Positions 14,194 through 27,195 of a DNA stretch of 64,000 nucleotides are shown here, piece by piece. The notes beneath the pieces are model-generated. The model had not been told where the DNA came from. It searched no databases and saw nothing but the letters and a program-made list of their open reading frames with translations. The translations under genes and the position numbers were made by a program. The stretch's first letter is position 1; each line of letters starts with the position of its first letter. The stretch spans positions 40,424,001-40,488,000 of the forward strand of contig OX597818.1 of NCBI GenBank assembly GCA_951406725.2, written 5' to 3'. The DNA comes from Octopus vulgaris. Taxonomy: Eukaryota.

Positions 14194-14455
14194 AAAGTAG
14201 AGTCCAGAGTAATCCATAGGTAGGAGATGTGCAGCCAGGGTGTAAAAAGTCCAAAAGAGAATCCGTAAAGGATAGAATGGTAGAAAGTCCAGTGGAGAAA
14301 ATTCTTGGGTGATGAGAGGAGACAGGATCAATTGGTGCAACCATGTGAGCGTGTGATATATGGGGAGAATTCACGAAAAAAAAAACACAAGACGAAGACA
14401 AATGGTGTAAAAACCAAACAGATGTATAAGTATAACGCTCGGGAATTGAAAAAGT

Positions 14456-14491
14456 CTTTTACGTTTCGAGCCTACGCTCTTCCACAGAAAG
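14456..14491 (-). ncRNA. minimal hammerhead-like motif, variant core CUGUGGA, in a Penelope-like repeat (14362-14525)
   Basis: cttt CTGTGGA A GAGC gtag GCTC GAA ACGT A aaag; second copy at 57149-57184. Confidence 0.55.
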
Positions 14492-14910
14492 GAACATAGA
14501 AAGAAACAAGGAGAGAAAAAATGTGTGTCGTGGCTACCGATCTGTCATGGCGACTATCTATCTTTATATACTTACATTCATAGCTATAAGCTTTTATTTA
14601 TCTTAACGTGTGCTAAGAAAAGCATTAGTCATATAGGATTCGATAGTTGAAAGATCAGTTCCCTTGAATCTGAATCGATCAATATATAAAAATATTTCAA
14701 TTTCTTTCATATTTTCTACATTTGTTCTAGTTTCTCTATTATTTTAACAATTTTATTATGCCAAGCGTGAGTGTATACGCATCACTTCGCTTGGGTGTAA
14801 GAACTGTTTGAAATTACATATATGCGCTGAAGTTGGGGTATCTGTATTATCCATGTGTATCTTAACGGTAAATATCTTACATTAAGATATCAGCCATGCA
14901 TTGTATAATA

Positions 14911-15134
14911 CATTCTTTTATTCTTTTAATTGTTTCAGTCATTTGACTGCGGCCATGCTGGAGCACCGCCTTTAGTCGAGCAAATCTACCCCGGGACTTA
15001 TTCTTTGTAAGCCCAGTACTTATTCTATGGGTCTCTTTTGCTGAACCGCTAAGTGACGGGAACGTAAACACACCAGCATCGGTTGTCAAGTAATGCTAGG
15101 GGGACAAACACAGACATACAAACACACACACACT

Positions 15135-15180
<46 letters not shown>

Positions 15181-15345
15181 TACGACAGGCTTCTTTCAGT
15201 TTCCGTCTACCAAATCCACTCACAAGGCATTGGTTGGCCCGGGGCTATAGCAGAAGACACTTGCCCAAGATGCCACGCAGTGGGATTGAACCCGGAAACA
15301 TGTGGTTGGTAAACAAGCTACTTACCACACAGCCAATCCTGCGCC
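14911..15345 (-). mobile_element. SINE family B
   Basis: full-length match to family B. Confidence 0.9.
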
Positions 15346-16069
15346 TATACATGTTAATATATTTTTTTATTTGATTTAGATTTTCGATTGCATTTGTAAG
15401 AAAAAAATATTAGCGGTTTCCTCGCGATAGGCCCTCCAAAATTTTGGCATAGGCCACTAGGGTTTCACCTATATAATGCTGTTCATCACTAATATAGAAC
15501 GAGTTTCGTACAGAAAATATTTGGGTTATTACATCTGAAAACGAAAAAACTCATCGTATACTTAGTTCATGCAATATATCGTAATCACTTCCTCTTTTCT
15601 GTCTTATGTGAACGCTCTCTTCATTAGAATGTCTTCTTTACATAAGGTGAGATTGAGATTTATCTTGTATTAGCGTTACTAAATCCATCGTCTGCTATGT
15701 TGCTTATTAAAAGCATGTTGGAGCTTTCAGAGACTTAACATTGTTAACATTTCATTCTCATGCAGACTTCTTTTAAATTTCACTCACTCCCCATTATTTC
15801 CCTCCAAATTGCTTTCCACCATAATACTTCTCTTCCTATCTTTTCTAAATATCAAACTTCGTTACTCTTTCTCTACCACCATTTTCTCTCTCTCTCTATC
15901 TGCCTGTCTCCACTCTCTCGCTCTCTCTCTCTCTATATATATATATTTCCCCACTCTCTCTCCCCCTTCTCGCTCTCTCTCTTCCTTTCTTGCTTTCTCT
16001 TCTCAATTTGCTAGACTTCTCGATTTCTTCCCGTTTGTGACATTATCGATACACGCTGTCATTGTAACT

Positions 16070-16313
16070 ATTGATTTACTGTCCACAACAGCTGTTGTTG
16101 ATGTTCTTCGTGTTGTTGTTATTGCCACTGTGGTTGCTATTCATTATTACAGTTGTTATTGCTATTGTTGTTGCTGCTGCTGCTACTGTTGATATTACTG
16201 CATTTCAATGTAGTTGTTTCTTTTATTATTGTTTATTGTTATTGCAGAAATTACTGACATTTTTACCATTACGATTGGTGTTATTGTTGGGGCTCTTTCA
16301 CGCTACTGCTACC

Positions 16314-16378
<65 letters not shown>

Positions 16379-16432
16379 TGCTGTTGATATATATTAGTTC
16401 TTTTACAGCTTTTGTTGCTGTTGTAGTTATTA
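16070..16432. repeat. cryptic (TGT/TGC)n trinucleotide repeat
   Basis: direct reading. Confidence 0.85.
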
Positions 16433-16756
16433 TTGCAGCTTGTATTATGCGAGATTTCATGGCGTCTATTTATTCAAAGAAAATACCTCCAATTTGGGTA
16501 GATAGACTTTGGCTCCAATTTGTCGCTGACGTTGCTGTTAGAACGCAAAAATAAGCCGGAACATCTACTGCAATGCATTTCGTCCGACCCTCTAATTAAT
16601 TCTACCAAACCCCCGCACTGTATTGGTACATATTTTACCGACTTTGAAAAGATAAAAGGTAAAGGAAAATTATAATAGTAATAACAATCCTTTCTGTTAT
16701 AGGCACATGGCCTAAAATTTTACTTGTGTCAATTACTACCTTGGACTTCTTAAACC

Positions 16757-17005
16757 TGTTATCTTTTAATTGTTTCAGTCATTAGACTGCGGCCAAGCTG
16801 GGGCACCACTTTGAAGAATTTTTAATCGAATGAATCGACCCCGGTACATTTTTAAAGGCCGGTACTTATTTTATTGGTTTCTTTTGCCGAACCGCTAAGT
16901 TTCGGATTTGTAAATACACCAACACCGGTTGTAAAGCGGTGTTGGGAGACAAACACAGACACTCACACACAAAGGCAAGCGCACGCACACACACACACAC
17001 ACACA
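16757..17005 (-). mobile_element. SINE family B, 3' half
   Basis: tgtttcagtcatt.gactgcggcc...ttttgccgaaccgctaag. Confidence 0.8.
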
Positions 17006-17199
17006 GATTTATGGTATATCCTGTTAAGAATGTAGTGGAGTACAGTATAAAACTTATCTACCTTCAGATTTACCCCTGTGCAATCCAGTAGTAGTATTAT
17101 ACGTACTTCTAGGTTTGCGTTTGGGATTCTGTCGTAGTGAATAGATAACTGAAAAAATTGGAGTCAACAAGAAGGAGCACGGTTGGACATTTATTTTCA

Positions 17200-17305
17200 A
17201 TCACTACAATTGTTTCTACGTGACGTAGTTCTCTAGGCATGCAGGCAATTGATTATGTAACCGTTTCCCTGCATTATGAGATCTAGTTGTGTTTCCTCAG
17301 GCGAT
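17200..17305 (-). ncRNA. type-I hammerhead ribozyme candidate with long stem-II insertion
   Basis: atcgc CTGAGGA ...~78 nt... GAA ACAATTGT A gtgat; 5-bp stem I, palindromic stem III. Confidence 0.55.
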
Positions 17306-17359
17306 ATGTAAATATTGTCTTCGTAAGTTCAAAATCTCGGCTTCAAGAGCATCCTGAAC

Positions 17360-18130
17360 AATTCATCATCGGTTATTTCGTCGTCGGTTAATTCGTCGTT
17401 GATCAATTCATCCCAGGTCAATTCGTCGCAAGTCAATTCTTAAATGTGGTTCTCGAAGGAAAATTTAGAACAATCACTTTAGAATTAAAATTGTTGTTGG
17501 ACAGTTTTAGATTTTTTTTCGCTTTCTTTAATCGCTCTCTTAAATAACTGCGCTGAACAGTTTACGAACAAAGATTTTCAAGCAAATCGAATTGAATTAT
17601 TCAATGCGCCTACCCATCAACATGACTACTTGCAGAGAAAGGAAAAATCAAAGTAGTCGATTAAGAAAATTATATATACACAAAAAATAAACAGAATGCA
17701 GATGGATTGAAGATATATTGGAGGTGCGAAAATTGTGTATGCAAGGCAAGACTTCATACAGGTGAAAATTCTAAAGAGCTTAAGAAGATTGGGATCCATA
17801 ATTACGCTTCAACTGCTGCAGAGGTAAATGCAAGGATAATAGTTTCAAATATTAAAGTAAAGTCTATTTCATCTCGTGATGACCCTCGCTCAATTAACGC
17901 TAGTGAAGTTTAGAATTTAAACGACTGTACTTTGTCACAAATACCTCCGTTTGCATTAGCGTAATAAGAATAGTAGACGTTGGTGGCAAGATGATTCCAA
18001 CTACCCTGCCACCTCACTTACAAATGCTGGGTTTTCCATTGCAAGCGATGAAACATTTTTACAGTATGACAGCGGGATGGAGGATTCAAAACGAATATAA
18101 TATTTGTAAGTAACGAAGTACTTCGACAGT
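17360..18130 (+). pseudogene. Mutator-like (MULE) transposase remnant with FLYWCH zinc finger
   Basis: YIYTKNKQNADGLKIYWRCENCVCKARLHT...HNY (FLYWCH); downstream FLQYDSGMEDSKRI; subterminal caattcgtcg repeats at 17360-17440; stops and frameshifts. Confidence 0.75.
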
Positions 18131-18929
18131 TAAAACAACACAAGAACTGAGCGGCAGCTGATTTTGAAAAACATATAACCATATATGTATGTATGTGTGT
18201 ATGCGCGCGTGCGTGTGAGTGTGAGTGTATGCGTGTATATGTGTGTGTATATATGTATGTGCGTATGTATGTATGTATGTATGTTTGTATGTATGCATGT
18301 ATATGTTATATGTCTCGTTTCTCATTGTGTTCAACGTTTTTTGATGTCCTGTACCCACATATGCATGCATATATACATATATATATATAGGTATGTACAT
18401 ATGTGTATGTATATATGCATATATTTATATATTATATTGTTATATGTATGTATGTATCTATCTATCGAATATATAAATGTAATTGTGAGAAAATTGTTGA
18501 TTTCTATGCATTTTGCTTGCACATATGTTACCTGTATTTAACCACGGAAAGAATAATATTTATAGTTTATTCAGTTAAGAAAAAATAACTCTTGGGCAAA
18601 TGTTTTAATAACATGACACTTGAAAACGATTAGACAAATATCCCAACAGATTTCTGAAATTAATTTGTAAATGAATTGTAAATCTTTCTCACTTTTTACT
18701 TCGTGCAATTTTATTATTTGGTTTACTTTCTCATGGATTCACTTTGAGGAAGCTTGTAAGTTGTTGCTGGAGCAGCAAAAAATGGCGACTAAAACCACCC
18801 TCAAACATCACATTTCTGTCTTAAGAAAGAGATAAACATTACGGGATGATTATGGATGGAGTAGTTTTTGGTTATTGGTCAGTTTGATCAGAGACGATCC
18901 AGGTCTAAGTAACAACAACAATGACGAGT

Positions 18930-19185
18930 GGAGGCGCAATGGGCCAGTGGTTAGGGCAGCAAATTCTCGGTCGTAAGAACGCGGTTTCGATTCCCAGACC
19001 GAGCATTGTGAGTGTTTATTGAGAATAAAAAAACACCTTGGATCCACGAAGCTCCGGCGGGGAAGGGGTGAACCTGCTGTACTCTTTCACCACAACTTTC
19101 TCTCACTCTTTCTTCCTACTTTTGCCACAAAGTAGAGGAACCATAGTGCAACCCACTATGGTGTGGTAAATTTTCAGACCCTTTC
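18930..19185 (+). mobile_element. tRNA-headed SINE (head D, tail F), 3'-truncated
   Basis: ggaggcgcaatgg.ccagtggttagggcagc...ggtttcgattccc; matches 19432-19672. Confidence 0.8.
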
Positions 19186-19431
19186 AGAATAGCCAAAGGG
19201 GAGCTAGCTTCTACGTAGCGGTTTTAATCTGTTAGAAAGCAAAAACCGAAACAAAAACAAATGTCGTCAGTTTCTGCTAAAATCACACTTAAAGAAATAG
19301 CGCATTGGATATATAAAGAATGCAAAACAAAACGGGACTGTCATAACTGGAACGTCTGTTTCTAAATAGACATGATCATATTTAACAACAACAACAACCT
19401 CAGCTACAACAACAGCAACAGCAGCAGTAAG

Positions 19432-19905
19432 TGGAGGCACAATGGCGCAGTGGTTAGGGCAGCGGACACGTGGTCGTAAGAAGGCGGTTTCGATTTCCAG
19501 ATATGAGTGTTTATTGAGCAAAAACACCTTAGATCCACGAGGCTCCGGCGAGATGGGGGTGAACCCGCTGTATTCTTTCACCACAACTTTCTCTCACTCT
19601 TTCTTCCTACTTCTGCCACCAAGCAGAGGAACCATGGCGTAACCCACTATGGTGTGGTAAACTTTCAGACCCTAGTCTAGATTGCGAATCCTCTGTACTC
19701 CAGAATTGTTCAGCTCTCCACCCGTTAAAAGCCACCGTTTACGGAATGAGGATAACAACGTAGCTTTCGCGCCCGTGCAACCGCCAGTCTGTCGCGTGTG
19801 GTGGGTGGATCTTAAAGTTGCCACACGCACTCTTCGTAGCTTAGAGTAGGCTCGAACTAGAGATTATTCTTTGTGGCTAATGGCGTGAGTCCTGATTGGA
19901 AGAAA
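19432..19905 (+). mobile_element. tRNA-headed SINE (head D, tail F), full length
   Basis: collinear with 22072-22552. Confidence 0.85.
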
Positions 19906-19936
19906 AAGACAACAGCAGTAGAAGCAACAAGAACAA

Positions 19937-20013
<77 letters not shown>

Positions 20014-20654
20014 GGACAACAACAACGACAACAACCTCAGCAGCAACAATGAAAATTGACTAACTGGACATCTGTTTAATTTATTAATTACAAGTGAGCG
20101 GTTTTCTAGTTAATCTTCTGGCACGTCTCATTTAATCATCTCATAATACCTTAAATCTGGTCTTACCGTTTATACTTCTATATCCAGCTAATCAATAACG
20201 GTGAGATAGCATACCAATGCCAGTTGTTGGAAGGTACAGCATATTCTTAAGGTCTCAACTATGTGGTATAGTGAGTTCCAAAACTTCCATTGACTGGCAA
20301 TGTCCATGCACTTAGTAGATAAAACCCCCAATAAGAATTGTTTAAATCATGCATGGGCAATGTTTTTCGGGACGAGGGCCGCATGAGACATGGCTAATAC
20401 TCAAGTTAGTTTGTACAACTAACAAAATTCAAGGTAATTTTTCCCTTAGTATGACATTCAGAAAGTCCCGCGAGCCACCGATTGCGCATGACAAGTTTAA
20501 ATATATAATAAAGAAACAAAGAAGGGAGATAATTCATAACTACAATAATAGCTCACCGAAGTTTATGAATAATGAAACTGCTGTAGATGATAGTGGCTAA
20601 TTTATTCAAGGCCAACTGGCGAAAGCAATGAGCATGTTTCTGGCCATAAATAGC

Positions 20655-21990
20655 ATACGTATGTATGTTTTCTATTGTTTTTGGTTATTTGAAATCTTTC
20701 TCTGAGGAAGGAAATGGTTTGAAGATACAAAGACCCATCGTTAGAATGTGGATAACAGAAATAAATTCAGATTTCATAAACCTGAGACAAATCTTGTATA
20801 TTTTTACTGCTCCGCTGAGAGACTGAATTTGCAATGTGCGAATTAGATGGTTGCTTTCTTTTTTAGAAAAACTCTAGCTTTTCGAGATTGACACCTCGGC
20901 ATTTACTCGTAAAGCCAAATTATTTCTGGTATAAATCTGAATTTATAATCTGGATATAGAAATTTGAAGTTTCCTCATTCTCTTTAATTTTGCAAAGCGA
21001 CATTTATATCGCTGACCTCAATGATGGTATATAATTTTTCTTGCCTATGCCAAACAACAATATTCGGCCTGGTAGATCTCTTGATGGGAATGTTCCAAAT
21101 ATTCGTAGTGTTGATATTTGTGCGTGTATTCAACAACTGGAGGTTTCTTTATAATTATTGCAGACCAGTCTTTTTTCGAATGGCATTGTATACTGTGTTA
21201 CGACAAAGTCGGGCCGCATAGGCATGTGAAACCTTGATGAAATTTTGAGCGGTTGCTAATCACATGTGTCATGTCTTGCACAGAAATACGACATAATCTA
21301 CATCTTCGGTTTATATCTTGGAGCTTCAAAGGCTTCACTCTCTTTCTTTCGTTGATTAAGTATTTAGTATCAATCGCCTGTCCTTGTGTTGATAATGCAT
21401 AACCTTCGAAGAATATGTGACGTTGCGGTCACGAATTCAAGAAAGGCTGCACTTCATGTCGATATCTCTGTCTTATTTAAGCTTTCAAGAAACATACCCA
21501 AACATAGTTATTTTTGTGTTTGGTATGCTGAGCGTTTCACATCCAGGTCTCTTTCTGATTAGGGTTGTATGGGAAGTCGTCAGGAAGACATAGCTTCCTG
21601 AGAAGCTCATTTCCGACGCGTAAGATGTTCTCTTAGCTTTTCAACACTAAATTTACTTATTTATTTTTGCTGCTGTTGTTTAGTGAGTGCTGTCTGTGAG
21701 AGCCCATACGAAATTCGAATGCTGTTTGCACTGATCTGAAGGCTCTATATTTTCCATTTCTTCTTATACAGCTGTTGAGATCACTGTTTCTGTGGAAGTT
21801 TCTTGTTGATCTCAGGATCTATTGGCTTTGAATGTCTATGGAATGGATTTCCTCTAAAGACCAGTCAAATATCCTAAATATTGGAATCAGCCAGGTATTC
21901 CTCTTACTGTTGTAAGAAGAATGCCTCTACTGCTTTTTCTGCTATGATATTCTCGGGTCACTCTATTCTTATTCACAGCACCTTATGATT
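20655..21990 (-). pseudogene. decayed R4/Dong-like non-LTR retrotransposon (CCHC zinc knuckle and RLE endonuclease)
   Basis: Minus-strand translation: FEGYALSTQGQAIDTKYLIN, NRRCRLCRISVQDMTHVISN (~21250-21311), RPNIVVWHRQEKLYTIIEVS...FLYPDYKFRFIP...LQIQSLSG (~20780-21110); aligns with ORF 61010-61283; 5' boundary approximate. Confidence 0.75.
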
Positions 21991-22071
21991 CCATCAATGC
22001 CAAAGCATTTTTTATATTACTGTACTGTTAGAGATGACAACAACGGCGACAGCGACAACAACAACACTAGT

Positions 22072-22615
22072 GGAGGCGCAATGGTCCAGTGGTTAGGTGA
22101 ATGGACCCGCGGTCGTAAGAACGCGGTTTCGATTCCCAGACCGAGCATTGTGAGTGTTTATTGAGCAAAAACACCTAAGCTCTACGAGGCTCTGGCGGGA
22201 TGGGGGTAAACACCACTGTACTCTTTCACCACAACTTTCTCTCACTCGTTCTTCCTACTTCTACCACAAATATGAGGAACCATGGTGTAACCTACTATTG
22301 TGTGGTAACCTTTCAAACACTAATCTAGATTGCGAATCCTCTGTACCCCAGGATGGTTCAGCTCTCCACCCATTAAAAGTCACCGTTTACGGAATGAAGA
22401 TAGCAATGTAGCTTTCGCACCCGTGCAGTCTATCCACTCTATCGCCTGTGGTGGGTGGATCTTCAAGTTGCCACACGCATTCTTCGTAGCTTAGAGTAGG
22501 CTCGAATTAGGGAATATTCTTTGTGGCTAATGGCGTGAGTCCTGATTGGAAGAAGAAGAAGAAGAAGAAGAAGAAGAAGAAGAAGAAGAAGAAGAAGAAG
22601 AAGAAGAAGAAGAAG
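22072..22615 (+). mobile_element. tRNA-headed SINE (head D, tail F) with (GAA)n tail
   Basis: collinear with 19432-19905; followed by about 22 GAA units. Confidence 0.85.
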
Positions 22616-23189
22616 ACACTATGACTAGGTAACTATTACGTTTCATGAAATGTACCAGTCATATATGACGGTTAGTTCCGCCTACCACAACTGTGTGACG
22701 ATGTGCTAATAACGGAAATCAATATTGGTATACGAAATGACAATTAATGTTGAAAGTTTTGCCAATCGTCAACCAGATTTAACTTTCCGGGGAATTATAA
22801 ATAAGCAACCTATGTTACAACTGTGATGTCTGTCAACGAATAGCTAAAGATTTAACTTCGACTCAACATTCAGGCAACAAGCATCAGCAATTAGTTGTGA
22901 GATTATATCTCACAAGTATTAATACGTATGAAAATGAGCTTATGTTATGTATCAGAGTAGGTCTACATGCATGAGAGCGGGCGCACGCACACATGTGCAT
23001 ACACACACACACATATACATGGAGCTGTATACAGAGGCAAACACTCAGTGTTTGAGGATTAAACGTATATTGGTCAAACATATGCATACATAATATTTAT
23101 ATATGTATACACACACGCGTACTCAGGCGCACACATATATAGTGTATATGTGTGAGTGTGTGTGTGTGTGTATGAGTGTGTGTGTTTGT

Positions 23190-23583
23190 GTGTGGCTGTG
23201 TGGTAAGTAGCTTGCTTACCAACCACATGGTTCCGGGTTCAGTCCTACTGCGTGGTACCTTGGGCAAGTATCTTCTACTGTAGCTTCGGGCCGACCAAAG
23301 CCTTGTGAGTGAATTTGGTAGACGGAAACTGAAAGAAGCCCGTCTTATATATATATACATGCGTGTTTATGTGTGTGTGTGCATGTTTGTGCGTCTGTGT
23401 TTGTCCCCCCACCTTTGCTTGACAACCGATGTTGATGTGTTTACGTACCTGTAACTTACCAGTTCGGAAAAAACAGACCAATAATAAGTATTAGGATTAC
23501 AAAGAATAAGTCCTGGGGTCGATTTGTTCGACTAAATGCGGTGCTCCAGCATGGCCACAGTCAAATGACAAACAAATAAAGGA
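23190..23583 (+). mobile_element. SINE family B
   Basis: family match. Confidence 0.9.
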
Positions 23584-23631
23584 ATATATATATATATATG
23601 TATGCTTATATGTATGTATATATATATGTAT

Positions 23632-23680
<49 letters not shown>

Positions 23681-25488
23681 AATTCAATAAAAATGGTAAA
23701 TAATTTTCCTGTGGTTTATCATGTAACCAACGATTATTTACCGGTAAATTTCGGTATGTAAATACGACTGCCATTTCTAATTCCTTCGGTATGAGGTGAA
23801 ACAGCCTGCTGTTAACCTTCTTATTTTTTCTTTACTATATACTGAACCTTACAAAGGTCCTGACAATTAATTTGTCGTATTTACATACCGAAATTTACCG
23901 GTAAATAATCGTTGGTTACATGATAAACCACAGGAAAATTATTTACCATTTTTATTGAATTACCATGTGGATTCCTCATTCCATTACGATTACCCAGAAA
24001 GCGCGCATGGCAGAATTTTGGAGGGAAAATTTACGTTCCCAGTCGCCACTTAGTTTTAACATCTGCACTCTTCCCCCCACTATCTGATGTCGCTGGGTCA
24101 GAAGTGAGGGCTAGTGGCATTTAGTAAAGCTATCGAATATAGCGCCAATGACGGAATTCAAACTGATTTCTATGTTTGCGATCCAGAAACATATGTTCGC
24201 TATTAACGGTAAGTGACTGAATTCGTATATTTGCCACTCCGGTTTTGTGTATGTGAGCCGTAAGGGCCTTCGTTTTTGGATTCTCCACTTATAGAAATTG
24301 GAAAAACGGTCTTTGACTGCCATTTCTAATTCCTTCGGTATGAGGTGAAACAGCCTGCTGTTAACCTTCTTATTTTTTCTTTACTATATACTGAACCTTA
24401 CAAAGGTCCTGACAATTAATTTGTCGTATTTACATACCGAAATTTACCGGTAAATAATCGTTGGTTACATGATAAACCACAGGAAAATTATTTACCATTT
24501 TTATTGAATTACCATGTGGATTCCTCATTCCATTACGATTACCCAGAAAGCGCGCATGGCAGAATTTTGGAGGGAAAATTTACTTTCCCAGTCGCCACTT
24601 AGTTTTACCATCTGCACTCTTCCCCCCACTATCTGATGTCGCTGGGTCAGAAGTGAGGGCTAGTGGCATTTAGTAAAGCTATCGAATATAGCGCCGATGA
24701 CGGAATTCAAACTGATTTCTATGTTTGCGATCCAGAAACATATGTTCGCTATTAACGGTAAGTGACTGAATTCGTATATTTGCCACTCCGGTTTTGTGTA
24801 TGTGAGCCGTAAGGGCCTTCGTTTTTGGATTCTCCACTTATAGAAATTGGAAAAACGGTCTTTGACTGCCATTTCTAATTCCTTCGGTATGAGGTGAAAC
24901 AGCCTGCTGTTAACCTTCTTATTTTTTCTTTACTATATACTGAACCTTACAAAGGTCCTGACAATTAATTTGTCGTATTTACATACCGAAATTTACCGGT
25001 AAATAATCGTTTGTTACATGATAAACCACAGGAAAATTATTTACCATTTTTATTGAATTACCATGTGGATTCCTCATTCCATTACGATTACCCAGAAAGC
25101 GCGCATGGCAGAATTTTGGAGGGAAAATTTACGTTCCCAGTCGCCACTTAGTTTTAACATCTGCACTCTTCCTCCCACTATCTGATGTCGCTGGGTCAGA
25201 AGTGAGGGCTAGTGGCATTTAGTAAAGCTATCGAATATAGCGCCGATGACGGAATTCAAACTGATTTCTATGTTTGCGATCCAGAAACATATGTTCGCTA
25301 TTAACGGTAAGTGACTGAATTCGTATATTTGCCACTCCGGTTTTGTGTATGTGAGCCGTAAGGGCCTTCGTTTTTGGATTCTCCACTTATAGAAATTGGA
25401 AAAACGGTCTTTGACTGCCATTTCTAATTCCTTCGGTATGAGGTGAAACAGCCTGCTGTTAACCTTCTTATTTTTTCTTTACTATATA
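23681..25488. repeat. 549-bp tandem array (3 units plus 76 bp) preceded by an 88-bp inverted partial unit, inserted in (TA)n
   Basis: unit starts gactgccatt at 23766, 24315, 24864 and 25413; 23681-23768 is the reverse complement of 23874-23961. Confidence 0.95.
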
Positions 25489-25513
25489 TGTATATATATA
25501 TATGTTTATATAT

Positions 25514-25692
<179 letters not shown>

Positions 25693-26452
25693 GTATATGT
25701 AGATATATATCTTCCATCTTTTTTACTCGTTTCAGTTATTTGACAGCGGCCATGCTAGGGCACCGCAAGCTTCTTACCACTCACTGAAGCCTCTGTGTGT
25801 GTATGTATGTATTTATGGATAGAAACATTTACATACATTAAATGAATTTATATGCACATATACACTTATTTACACAGATGCCTCATATGCATGTGCGAGC
25901 GTGTGACTGTGTGTGTGTCTGTGTATGTGTCTGCGTGTGTGTCTGTGTGCGTCAGTGTGTGTGTGGGGGGTGTTGTTGGGGAGGTGTTTGTGTGCGCGGG
26001 AGCGTGCATGTGTGTGCGTTGTTTACTGGTTGATTGATGGTCCAGACATCGAGCGGATGCAGTAATAATTACCTTCGCCGACATCGCTTGCATTTGCATG
26101 GCTGGTCGTTGTTAATTCACAGCTGCACATGCACGCACACACATACAGTCATTGTGTAGAAACGGACACGCAAGCACAAATACACACACTCACCAACAAA
26201 CGTATACACAAAGACGCACAGGCAGCTACACACACACACATTCACTACACTATGATTGCACAGAGACAAGAACACACTAATAAAATATAGAAATATTTAT
26301 TTACAGTCAAACGCTCGATCACACATACGTACATCCATATATGGACAACATACGCATACATCATAACATGGATGCGTAATCACAACCACATAGATGAGGG
26401 TGTATAATTTAAACGCACACTCATGAAGCTCTTTGCGTAGTAATAATGTGAA

Positions 26453-26757
26453 AGCACATGGCCTAGTGGTTAGAGCAGCAGACTCGCGGTCGAGAGATCG
26501 CGGGTTCGAATCTTAGACCGGGCGATGTGTGTGTTTATGAGCGAAACACCTAAGCTCCACGCGGCTCCGGCAGAAGCTAATGGCGAACTTCTGCTGACTC
26601 TTTCGCCACAACTTTCTCTCACTCTTTCCTCCTGCATCTTGCAGCTCACCTGCGACGGGCAGGCGTCCCACCCAGGTGGGGAACCTATACGCCAAGGAAA
26701 CTGGGAAACCGGCCCTTGTGAGCCAGGCATGGCTCGAGAAAGAACAAACAAAACAAA
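26453..26757 (+). mobile_element. tRNA-headed SINE family D
   Basis: A box TGGCCTAGTGG, B box GGTTCGAATC; 3' part repeated at 47915-48093. Confidence 0.85.
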
Positions 26758-26876
26758 AATCTCTTCGCGTATGAATATAAAACCACTCGTATATATATGA
26801 GTATATCTACACGCATAAATATATACTTTAGAATATGTGCTATGAAGACAAATTAGGAATATGTGTATGTGAGTGA

Positions 26877-26961
<85 letters not shown>

Positions 26962-27195
26962 TGAGTGTGTGTGTGCGTTTGTATGTGTACAGCTTACAGG
27001 CAGAACGTAAAGCCGAAAAGAAAAACCGGAAAGTTACGTATGCAGTCGAAATGTCGATAAATCTTTCAAGACGTACTCTGCCGGTATACTTTTACCATTA
27101 CCAACTTAACTTCAATATTCTTCATTATAATCGAAGAGAGATATTTATTAACCCAACAAATTCAATTCATCTCTCACATTTCCCACTTTCAAACA

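Noticed and set aside
24111-25421. Three identical 70-aa ORFs; possible CRISPR-like or gene array
   Set aside because: They follow from the 549-bp tandem repeat; no spacers and no recognisable domain
26453-26525. tRNA-like sequences (also 5124, 32402, 58022)
   Set aside because: SINE heads: no complete cloverleaf or acceptor stem, and they continue into repeat bodies
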